A DNA stretch of 64,000 nt from the NCBI GenBank assembly GCA_036867785.1, contig CP145415.1:372001-436000 (forward strand), given 5' to 3'. Origin of the DNA: Plasmodiophora brassicae (lineage: Eukaryota). Below the pieces are notes generated by a model. The model saw only the letters and a list, made by a program, of their open reading frames with translations, did no database searches and was not told where the DNA came from. Position numbers and translations under genes: made by a program. Shown one piece after another: positions 1 through 10,614 of this stretch; within the stretch, counting starts at the first letter, position 1; every line of letters begins with the position of its first letter.

Positions 1-3000
1 ACATCTGGTACCGCGACAGCAACGCGAAAAGCAATACATCCTCACCAACGTCCAACGAGTATCCAACGTCTGGCGCTCATCCGATCGATCCGGCGCCCGA
101 GCCGATGCGTGCTTTGTCGGCACGCCACGCCATCGACGTGTACGCGAACTCAGTAGGCCTACTGGACTCAGCGTGTTCCACGACGATGACGCCCCTGCGC
201 CGACATCTCAGCTGCTATCGCCAAGGCACCGGACCGGAAGTTGAGCTAGCCGATCTGTCGCGTACGACCACTTCCGGTCGAGGCGTGACGTCATTCGGCA
301 TGGATGTCCAGGCGACGAGTATCGATTCGCTGCACGTTCCCCGACTTGGCCAAGCGCTAGTATCAGTTGGCCAGCTCACCAGATCAGGTCACAAGATCGT
401 GTTCGACGGCGATACCGCGAAGATCTACTCGGGGGCCAACTGGACGGCGCCCGTCGGTCAGCCAGTGGCCGTCAGTCAACGAGGACACGATAACCTGTAC
501 CGGATTCCATTATCCGCTCCAACCTCCGCGCCCGGCACACTTCACTCTGCCCGAGTCTGCTCCTTGATCGCATCCAGCGTCTCATGCCGCGTCGCTAAGG
601 TCACCGCCGCAGCTCCAGCTGTCTGGCACGCTCGAACCGGCCACCTGGGTTACGGCAACCTGCGCATCCTGCACAAACGTTGTCGTGGCATGAAGTTCGA
701 CGGGCCAATCCCGAGGCCGCAAGATCGATGTCCATGCGCTGCATGTTTACTCGCCAAGGGCAAACGGTCATCATTCCCTCCCAGTACGTCGCGCGCGCGT
801 CGTGTTGGCGATCTCGTCCATAGCGATCTGTCCGGACGGTGGCCTGTCGTCGGTGTCGGCGGCTTTGAGTACTACCAGACCATGCTGGACGATTCCTCTC
901 GGTACCTGTCCGTCTATCTGCTACGTCGCAAATCGGAGGCGCTCGACGTCATCAAGCACTATGACGCGCGTCTTCGCAACCAGGAAGGACGTGGTATCCG
1001 GACGTTCCAGACCGACGGTGGCGGCGAGTACAACTCCAAGGCGTGCGTCCTGTTCTACAACGAGTCCGGCATCCTGCACCGCAAATCTGTCCCGTACACG
1101 CCCGAGCAGAACGGCCGCGCTGAAAGCGTCAACCACACGCTCTGCGGTATCGAAAGCTCAATCCGGTGCCACTCTCGCATGCCTGACTCCACGTGGCCCT
1201 GGTCGCTGTCCTACTCTGCGATACTGTACAACATCCACCCGAGATCAGTCCTTCCCGGGCGTCGCACATCGTTCGAGGCTGCTCGTCGCGCCCTACCTAA
1301 CATCTCGGCCCTTCGTGTCTACGGTTGCGATGCCTATATATGCCATGCGACCGCATCCAGCCACGAAGAAGCCGAGCAAGTTGGAGCCTCGTCGTGTTCG
1401 CGCTGTGTTTATCGGTTTCACGCCCGGCATGAAGGCTTGGCGGTTCTACGACGTGGACCGGGAAGACACGTTCGAGAGCACGACTGCCGAGTTCCTGGAG
1501 ACCTCGTTCACATTCGGCTTTGGAAGATCCAGCCCTGCTAGTTCATCATCAGCGCCACCGTCCAGTCCCGAGTCGAGCTCTGCGCCGAACGTTGACACGA
1601 TCGTCCCGACGCCCGTCTCTTCCGACGCCGTCATGGCACCTCTACCATCGACGTCAGCATCCTCTCTCGCAGCATCCCCTCCCGAGCCTCCGTCACCTGC
1701 CGCTGCGTCATCGCCTTCCGAGATCGTCCGACCGTCGCGCTCACCGTCTCCTGATGACGTATCCACCGACGAAGATGATGATGACGCTGAAGATGATCCC
1801 GACTACGAAGGTTCGGCGTCCAGCAACGACTCTCCCAACGAAGCTGCCGACCCCGACGTCCACGACAATTCCGATGCTGCTGATATCGTTGACCACAATG
1901 TCATCGACGTGCCACGCCCTCGCCGATCGAATCGTCGTCGTCAACCGCCTGGTGAATGGTGGAAGGCGCCGGAGGCGGCCAATCGTTCGTCGACACGGTG
2001 GTCCTCGACGGTCGACGCCTGGTTCCAGAATCCGACCCTAACGTTCCCGACACAGCGCCCTCCTCGTCGCTCCCGCCGACTGATCCGGCATTGGCAGCAG
2101 GTTGAGGAGCGCCGTCTGATCGATCAGGCCATCAGGTCCAACCGTCCGACATGTCGCGGCGCAGCTGCCAAGGCATGTCGAGCCAAGGTATCCGCCCCGA
2201 TCGACCCAGCCCGTCTACCACGACCCGACCTGTCGAAGCTGAAAGCGACCGACATTCCCGTACCCAACTCAATGGCCGATGCCCTCTCATCACCTTTCGC
2301 TGGCCACTGGTGGGACGCCGCCGTCACCCAGATGGCAACACTGGACGCCAAGGACACGTTCGGCCCGCTAATCGACCTGCCGAAAAGTAAGATCGCTGTT
2401 GGCGCCAAGTGGGTGTTCCGAGTGAAGTCCTCGCTCAGTGGCAACGGTGGCATCCGCGCGCAAGTTCACCGCCCGACTCTGTGCTCAGGGCTTCCGACAA
2501 CGCCCCGGCATCGACTTCGACGATACGTTCGCGCCGACCGCCCGTGCCACTGCGTTCCTCGTTATCCTAGCGCTCGCGGCGCAGCACGGCCTGCATCTTC
2601 GCCAGGTCGACTGGGTGGCCGCATACCTGAACGCCGACATGCTCCATGATGTTTACATTCGTCAGCCGGATGGCTTCACCGATCATCACGTCCCGTACCG
2701 AGTTCGTCAACTGCAAAAGGCCCTTTATGGAACGAAACAAGGCGCCGAACGTTGGTACAAGACGCTTCGGGAGATGCTGTTATCACTCGGATTCGAATCG
2801 ATCATCGCGGACCCCTGCGTCTTCCGGTACGATCGCGATGGAAAGTTCATGATCATGTCGGTGCACACCGACGACGGTCTGCTGGCGTACAATGACGTCC
2901 CGTTCGCGGAATCCGTTCTCGAGAAGCTCTCCACGATGGCCGAGATCACCGATCAAGGTGAACCGTCGACCCTGCTTGGCATGCGCATCCGACGCGAACC

Positions 3001-4059
3001 TGGCACCGGCGCCATCACCCTTGACCAAGCCGAGTACATCGAGAAGGTGTTGAGCGACTTCAACATGTCGCATTGTCATCCGGTCGACACGCCGCACCAG
3101 CCTGGCGTTCACCTATCAACGACAATGAGTCCACAAAGCGACCTCGACCGTGACGAAATGGCGACCAAGCCGTACCTCAAACTTATTGGCTGCCTGACAT
3201 GGCTCGCCCATCGATGCCGTCCCGACATCGCGTACATAACGAATGTACTGGCCCAATTCTCCTCGAATCCCGGCATCCAGCATTGGCGTGCGGGGCAACG
3301 CGTTCTTAAGTACCTCGCCGGCACCATGACGCACGGCATCCGATACGAACGCCAGCCCGAAGATCGTCTGATCGCATACGCCGACGCTGATTGGGCATCC
3401 GACCCTGACACGCGACGGTCGCGCTCCGGCCACATCATCCTGCTGGCTGGCGGCCCCGTGCACTGGCAGTCACGTCGCCAAGACCTGGGCGCAGTCAAAG
3501 TTAGCTTATCGTCCACACATGCAGAGATCAAGTCGCTGTGTGCTGTTACCCGCCAGCTGGCCTGGATCCGGTCATTCCTGACCGAAATCGGCTTCGCACG
3601 CTCCAGTCCGACGATCGTATACGAGGACAATCAAGGCGCGAAGGCCTGGTCTGGCTATCGTCGGATGGATGATCGCACGAAGGACATCGAGGTGCAGTTT
3701 CACTACACCCGGGAGGCCGTCGAGGCCAGTTTGATCGTGGTCCACAAGTGCCCGTCCGCCGAGATGGCTGCAGACTACCTCACGAAGCCCGCTCTCAGCA
3801 CCTCGTATCATGCGAACCTGCTCCTGGCCGGCATCATCGACACAAGTCCCAGGCCGTGTGCTGCTGGAGGGGGCGTGTCGAACAACGTATCCACTACGAC
3901 CAGCAGCACATGCCTGCAGCACGTGAACGCCGTCACGCACTCCGCGACTCCGTGCCCGCCGGCGTTGGCAACCGTTACACCGTCGGCGACTACGTCGCCA
4001 CTGTAACGTCCGCCGCACACGCCGTACGTAATACATCCACTTCATTATTGTCCTTCTCA
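1..4059 (+). mobile_element. Ty1/copia LTR retrotransposon, 5' part outside window; pol broken by two +1-frame shifts (~1340, ~2455)
   Basis: ORFs 105-1541, 802-2649 and 2438-4006 give protease (LLDSAC), GAG-pre-integrase (WHARTGH..C..C), integrase (HSDL, FQTDGGGEY, PEQNGRAE), RT (KARLCAQG-like, ALYGTKQ, HTDD) and RNase H (YADADWA, YEDNQGA, ADYLTK), in copia domain order. Confidence 0.95.
3876..4059 (+). repeat. Copia 3' LTR (~184 bp)
   Basis: Follows purine tract GGAGGGGGCG; starts TGTCGAAC and ends TTCTCA exactly where the gypsy A reading frame is cut; partner LTR not in window. Confidence 0.7.
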
Positions 4060-6419
4060 GCCTCTGGCTATGCGCTTAATGTCCCCTGATATGCCATTCC
4101 AAATGAACTTCTTCCTTAGAAGTTGTGTCATGTCATTGATGCTGCGATGCGCGAAGCCTGCAGCGTGCGCAATGACTGTTAGCCTGATCCTGAGCTCCAC
4201 ATCTTCTGACGGGATGACTATTTGGCCTCTGCTGTTGACTAGCAGGCCTGCGTCGCTCTTCTTCAGGTCGTTTTGCTTGTTGTTCGTCATGAACTTTGAT
4301 TGCCTCTCTCTGATTTCTTCCTCAGTTGGCCAAACAAGCTTCTTTCCTATCATGGGTTGGACTCGGAATTTGTCAGCGAGTTGCCCCCAGCGGTTGTGGA
4401 TTTCCGGATAACTCACTTGATCCTCATTCTCCCGCCCACTATTGTTGGGTACACCGCGTTGATGGGTTTCCGGATAACTCACTCGATCCTCATTCCCCAC
4501 GTCCCCATTCGAAGCTTCCGGATCACTGGAGCGATCCTCATCACTTCGAATTCGAAGTATTCGGAAGACGTTTGTGGCGTCCTCGTACTTTACTTGTCCG
4601 GTGTCGATTTGGGTTTCCAAATCAGCATCTCTTCTGAGACCATTGTCCACTCCCCATCGTGTCTGCAAATCCGTCCACACATTCTTCTCCCCAGGAATAT
4701 GTTCAATCGTGAACTTGTACTTCCTCAGCTTCATTCCCCAGCGTTCCAACCGCTCTGCTGCTGGTTGTGTGCATTTCTGTGGGTTATATATGTGCATGAG
4801 GTTCCTGTGGTCTGTGTACAGTCTGAATGGTTTTCCCGTTTGTAGGAGATAGTCCAGTTTTTCTACCACGTCCAACAGGGCACTGGCTTCTTTGTCTGGT
4901 GTAGACCAGTTCAACTCTGAGCCTGTGAATTTGTGTCCTGTGAATCCTAGTGGTTGGTGGTTGGCTTCCCACACTGGTTGGTCCTTATCTTCCAATGGGA
5001 TTTGCGTTACCATTCCCGCTCTGTGGAACTTACTGGCGTCTGCAAACACGCACTGAATCATATCCTCTCTGGGATATGCCAGCTGAGTGTTTCTCCCAAT
5101 CAATTCCTTCAGCTCTTCGAATGCTTTGTCATGCAGATCATTCCAGCCATGCCTCTTCAGTCTAACTCCCCCAGCGACTGATTTGGTCCTTCTTGGCTGA
5201 TCCTTCATGGATTTCTCATAGATGTCTTGCAGGGGTGAGACAATCCGACTATATTCCGGTATTGACTTACTCATCCACTGCACTGCATATAGGAATTGCT
5301 GCAAATCTCTTGCAGTTTTGGGACTCTGCATCTGCTGGAGCATTCTGATTCGTTCTGGATCGTGGGATACCCCTTCTGGCGTGAAAATGCGTCCAGCGAA
5401 TTTCACCTTCCTCAAGAAGAAGTCACATTTATCCAGGTTGAACTTCAGATTGTGTTTCTCTGCCAACCGCAGTGTGTTGTCTAACACTCTGAACCATTCT
5501 TGTTCAGTTTCGGCATGCCCCAGAATGTCGTCTATCCAGATGATGAGTGCCTTCATCAGTAGTTCACCGAATATCTCTGCCATCCTGGCCTGAAATTGTG
5601 GCGATGAATTCAACCCTCCTTGGATTGTTCTGGTGGGTGTGAATACTCCTCTGTCCGTTGCGAACGAGAACATTTCCTGACATTCCTTTGCTAGCGGCAT
5701 CAGCCAAAAGCCCTTGAATGCATCCAAGGAAAACCAGTACTTGGACCCTGCCAAGTGTTGTACAATGGCTTCCAGGAATGGCATTGGCCATGCGGTTGCT
5801 TCACACAACTTGTTGACCTCTCTTAGATCAACACACATTCGCCATCCTCTGTTGCCGGGTTTTCGAACAACCACCACTGGTGAGGCCCACTCACTATTGT
5901 GGTTTTCGTACACTAACCCATATTTCTTCAACAGTGATACGAACTGTGCCAGGAACTCACTTTGTTCCTTGCTGTACCTCCGCGCCTTACAACGGTACGG
6001 TCGTGCTCCCTGTCTTAACCGTGTTCGACAAGGTGTGACCTTGGCTGGCGGATCTGGTCCCAGCTTCGTTCTCCAGACATTCCATCTCTTGAAGGCCAAC
6101 CTTCGGAGTCTTCTCTTCCATTTGCGTGGCAACCCCTGTGTCATTGCTCGAGCGATTGCGTTGTCTATGCCCTCTCGAATGTCATTTGGGACATCTTCGC
6201 CAATGGCGACATCGTCCTCATCCTGATCCAATATGTACTCATCGCCGTCACCGCATGACGAGTCTCGATTCATACTTGCAATCAGGTATTCTAACGCCGT
6301 TCTCGGGTCTATGCCTAGTTCTTCTAGGAGATCTTGACCCAGGTAGATTTCCTTCACATACTCCACGTCCCATACGAGACATGTGTGCTTGCGGATCTGC
6401 AGCTCCCCAGCACGCGTAT

Positions 6420-6474
6420 TGTAGACCGGACCGCCCAACTACTCTCGTGGCCTAGTTGGGCGGTCCGGTCTACA
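6420..6474. mobile_element. 55-bp hairpin micro-MITE with 22-bp TIRs and 4-bp TSD GTAT
   Basis: TGTAGACCGGACCGCCCAACTA / 11-nt loop / TAGTTGGGCGGTCCGGTCTACA; GTAT at 6416-6419 and 6475-6478; removing it restores VDILLHTRAGELQIRK in frame. Confidence 0.92.
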
Positions 6475-8208
6475 GTATGCAAGAGGATGTCCACTTGGAT
6501 CTCGTGGGTGGCCTGTCCCACTGCTTCCTCGCTATCCGCCAGAATCAACTTTACTGGTTTCTCCAGTGCTGTCATTGTGGTGTTTGGATGCATCCTGCAT
6601 AGCCTCTTGGCTATTGCCATTGGTATCAGTGTTCTGTCAGCCCCACTGTCTAGTATGGCTGGCCGCGGCTCATCCAGCGCTGATAGCGTGACATTGATCT
6701 GGTTGTTGGCGCCCTGTGCATATCCAGCCTCAATGTCTGCTGCAAGTTGTCTTAACTTGCAGACTTGGGAGTTCTCTGTGCTCGTGCCTCTTTCTGCGTT
6801 TGCAGCTTGCTCGCCCCTCACCTCTTGCATGCTAGGTGTTGGGTGTTCGGCGGCTTCTTCTGCATCCCCAGCGCACTCGCGACTCCATTCCCTACTGCCT
6901 TCCATTGGGTGCTCGCCCTTGCATGGCGCACTGTCAGTGTAGCCGGCATTCTTCTGGGATTTATTTGATCGCTTGGATTTCATCTTCTCGAAGGCATTCT
7001 TCTTCTGTTCATCAGTTGCCTTCAAGCAGTCCCTAAGCGTGTGCGGCCCGTTGCAGAACCAGCATTTGGGTTTGCGTTCCGCGCTGTCTGACTTATGCCT
7101 CTTGGGGTCGGCATGCTGTTCCGGGCCTTCCGGGTTGGCACTGGCGTCGGTCTTCAAACGCCTCTTGCCTCCGCTCTCCTTCTTGAGCGGTGGGACCGTC
7201 TCGTCCTTCTTGGACTGTTTGGTCCTCTTTGCCTCCTTCGCGGCCACCATCTTCTGATAGTGCCGGATTTCGTCGAACATCACGGCCTTCTCTTCAACCA
7301 GTTTTAGCAGCTGGCGAGAGTCGGTTCTCAGCTCCTTTATGCTGGTCTCCGTGATTTCGGTGACGGCCTCCCTAAGCTCGTCTGGCCATATGCCGCGTAG
7401 CAGCAACTTGACCTTGAGCTTTTGGCCCTGTACACCTTCGAACATGTGGTGGCAGGCGTGCTCTTTCGCAAGTCTCGCGAACTGCGCGCCGTAGTCTGCC
7501 ACCCGTGCTGCCGCTTCTGGGATGCTCTTCTTCATCCGCATGTCTCTGAACGTGTCGACAAACTTCACACCACTCTTCTGTGTTGTCGTTGTCATGCGAC
7601 GTTCGAGCATATCCAGCAGCACGTCGTCCGGGATGTTGTCAGTCGTGTAGACTTCGTCCACCCCGTCCAGCGTCATGAGCGAAGCCAGCAGGTGCTCATC
7701 TACCATCGTTCGCACTTTCGCCTCGACGTCGTTCAGCCCCGACTCGCTCATACCTTGCCGGTACAGCTTGTACTGCCGGAACCACTTGACGAGGGCGGCT
7801 TGCCCTGCCGACGTTAGCTTTGGCTTTTTGTTGTCCTCGTCCTTCTGCACGAGGTTCCTCAGTTGGACCATCTTCGTCCTTGTCGATGCGCTTGGCTGCG
7901 ACTGCGGTCTCTGAGGCTGCTGCGTGCTGTCATCATGGCTGTCCATGCTAGACGCGCTCTCTTCCACAAATGATACCGCCTCGCGTTCTGCCTTCTCCCT
8001 CGACTGCTCCAGACCGGCGTTCATGTTGACGGACATGCTCTTCTCGGTGATCTGTGGGCTTCGTGTGTGCACTCGCTGTGTCTGATCTTGGTCGTATTGC
8101 AGAATGGACACGCTGGCCGCCTTCCTGCTTCCGAGACTGCGTCGCGTCGTGCCGTCTGGAACGTGACTCACGGGCGTCTCTCTTCTTGGTTCCGCCGGTA
8201 GTGATCAC

Positions 8209-8520
8209 TGTGACGTCCTTCAAGCTTCGAGACGTACTCGTTGAGAAGCTCGCTCCTAGCCCCTCGGTCTATGACAAGCAGCCTGTCGTCTGACTGCTGA
8301 TTGCCTGTCTGGTGACTATTGTCTGTCTGGTTTATTTCGGGCCGTCTGGCCTCACGCCCTCCACTGCGTCTCCGGAGTCCGTGACGGTCTCCGGAAGTCC
8401 GCGGTCTATTCTGGGACACACACGACTGGTCTGGCGGGACAGCTGACTGTGCTGGTCCGGAACGGATCGGCAATGTTGGCGGGCCGTGTCGGGACAGGGG
8501 TTATGACCGTGAACAACATC
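8209..8520 (-). repeat. Putative 5' LTR of gypsy A
   Basis: Ends ...GTCACA on the minus strand, like the LTR of element B; contains minus-strand AATAAA (~8331); distal end uncertain because no partner LTR is in the window. Confidence 0.55.
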
Positions 8521-8736
8521 ATAGGTGCTGCTATGCTGTACGTATGATACAAGTAGATTGAAGCCCTATATAACTGCATTCCGACTGCGCTGCGCAGTAC
8601 ATCCTCGACATGTATATTTGTACTCCGAGTGCACTGCGTAATACGTCGCTGGACATCCGATCGCTGACAACTATATCGATAATGTATGGGCTAAAATAAT
8701 ACTTGTGCTGTATCCGACTACAATACATTGTGTGTA

Positions 8737-9331
8737 CCACCACGGGAAGATGAATTTGCACGACGGGGACATAATTTTTGCATGACGGGGAACAAACTGA
8801 AGGATGACGAGCACAAAAAAAATGGATCGTGATGCATGTATTTTGTCTCTCTGGAACCGATTGCTGGAGCGTTAGGTGCGTACGCGTGGCGGCGGCTCAG
8901 CGAACATTGGGTCCAAACGAGGAATCTGCTCCGGGTTCATCGCAGGACGACCGACTCGCCTACGCGCGGACGTCTGCGACGATTGCAACCCTCCTACCTA
9001 CCGTGGGATATGAAGTCAGAATTCGGTACGGTAGGTACGTCGGCGATACTGTACGGTATCCGCTTACCGTTATCGGTTGTATCCCTGCCATTGTTCTGGT
9101 GACGTCGTCCTGCAACGGTACGGTAGGTACACAATGAGGCGGCCCGCTCGTCCGTCCCGACTGCATTGAGCCGATCCATTTATTTTGGGCCACTCATCCA
9201 CGCATTTCTTCCCCGCCATCCATTCGTTGTGTTCCCCGCCATCCTTCAATTTGTTCCCCGTCATGTAAAATTGATGTCCCCGCCATGCAAAAATTTCGTC
9301 CCCGTCATGCAAATTCATCTTCCCGTGGTGG
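8737..9331. mobile_element. ~595-bp non-autonomous TIR element (MITE) with TA flanks and subterminal ~21-bp repeats
   Basis: TA|CCACCACGGGAAGATGAATTTGCA at left and TGCAAATTCATCTTCCCGTGGTGG|TA at right; repeated TCCCCGTCAT-like cores in inverted orientation at the two ends. Confidence 0.85.
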
Positions 9332-10080
9332 TACGGATGCCATGTATTTCCAAGACTCCTGAAACGAATGGATACGCGTATTGTATTCACAATTCACAGT
9401 TTAGAATTTTCTGTGACAATACCATCGTCCCTTGCCGTTCGACAGGAGCGTCCTTGCCGTGCTAGATGCCGCCGGATCCAATTGCCGACGTGACGCGCCA
9501 AGTCGATCTTAGTGGGCAGCGTTAAGTTGTCGAACATCGGGTACTGGAGCGCTATTTCACTTCGCAGCACTTCCAGGAAGCAAAAGCATTCTTGCGGAAG
9601 GCCCTGGTGCAGCAACAGACCGACACAGCGGTCAACGATTCCAACGTCGTTTAGGACTGTATTAGGGGGTCGTTTGAGCAGGTGGAAGGTGAAAAGGCGC
9701 CTGTAAAAAGGTGACCACCTCCCACTGGGGGGTGGATGTCGTCAGTAGTGTAGATGGATCAACCAAAGTGAGGGCGATCAAAATTCTACGAACCTTGGAG
9801 GGCTCGGGCTCGTCCAGCTCTTAGACTCGCCCCGGAGTCGCCACTCTGCGAGACCCAGCACTGCCAGGCCGGGGTGAGCTAGCGTTCTGCGAACCACCCT
9901 ACGGTCCTCGGAACCGAGACCGAGGCGCCTGCGGAAAAGCGCAAAACGCAAATAAACTACTGTATAACTATAACTATAACTATAGTGTCCGGACACTACA
10001 TAGAGAGGGCTGCCATTGATCCAAATACAGTATTTGCTTCTAATAAGCCCCGAACTGAAATAATCGGGGTTCGGGGTCAT

Positions 10081-10223
10081 TGTACTACAAAAGTAGTAGC
10101 TCTGACCGTATGCATGGGATCGTCCCACTGTACCTTTGAATAAACAGTTCTCTTATAAGGCGTCTAGCGTGCGTCCAGCGTGTCGGCAGTCGTGTGGACC
10201 GCTGACGGCGCACCGAAAGCACA
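10081..10223 (+). repeat. 5' LTR of gypsy C
   Basis: TGTACTAC...AAGCACA, direct repeat of 28178-28320. Confidence 0.96.
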
Positions 10224-10614
10224 AAAACGTTTTTGTGTCGTGGAGAATTCACCTGAACCTGATCGCGTGAGCCGATCGCCCTGAACACAAGTGAGCCTGA
10301 ACCTGAATCCTGACCGCGACGATGAACGGCGCGGGACGTAGACGGGCGCCTGCTGCAGAGCCGGCCGACCCAGTCGCTATGGAAGAAGTACATGAACAGC
10401 CTGAAGAACAACCCGCTCGGCATGACAACGTCAACGGAGCTGCCGGAAACATGCTGAAGGGGCAAACTCCGATCTTTACACCTGTGACACCCCCGCAATT
10501 GAACAGCACTGACTACAAACGTGTGACAGAATTCTTGACGAAGTACAAGAAGTATGCGGCTCTGATTGAAGATCGACGAAATCGCCACAGCCAGGATATC
10601 TACCCGGAAGCGAT

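Larger units (their letters stand above)
4060..8520 (-). mobile_element. Ty3/gypsy element A (gag-PR-RT-RNaseH-start of IN); interrupted at 4060 by the copia and at 6420-6474 by a hairpin insertion
   Basis: ORF 6354-8171 has zinc knuckle CWFCNGPHTLRDC and protease LDSGAD; ORF 4057-6438 has LDAFKGFW, WIDD, FADAS, YTDHRNL and AH....HRS; the right (LTR) boundary is approximate. Confidence 0.9.

Noticed and set aside
6354-6480. Frameshift-stimulating hairpin between gag and pol of A
   Set aside because: The hairpin is flanked by a 4-bp duplication and removing it restores one ORF, so it is an insertion
9394-9660. Short minus-strand ORF between the MITE and the nest
   Set aside because: No recognisable domain or gene structure; cannot be supported as a gene
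9965-9985. I-CeuI/rRNA-like site TAACTATAAC
   Set aside because: It is part of a TAACTA microsatellite; the rest of the site and any rRNA context are absent
10081-10240. Tf1-style self-priming between the PBS and the transcript 5' end
   Set aside because: By eye, no complement of the post-LTR sequence was found inside the LTRs of A, B, C or D beyond the LTR terminus itself
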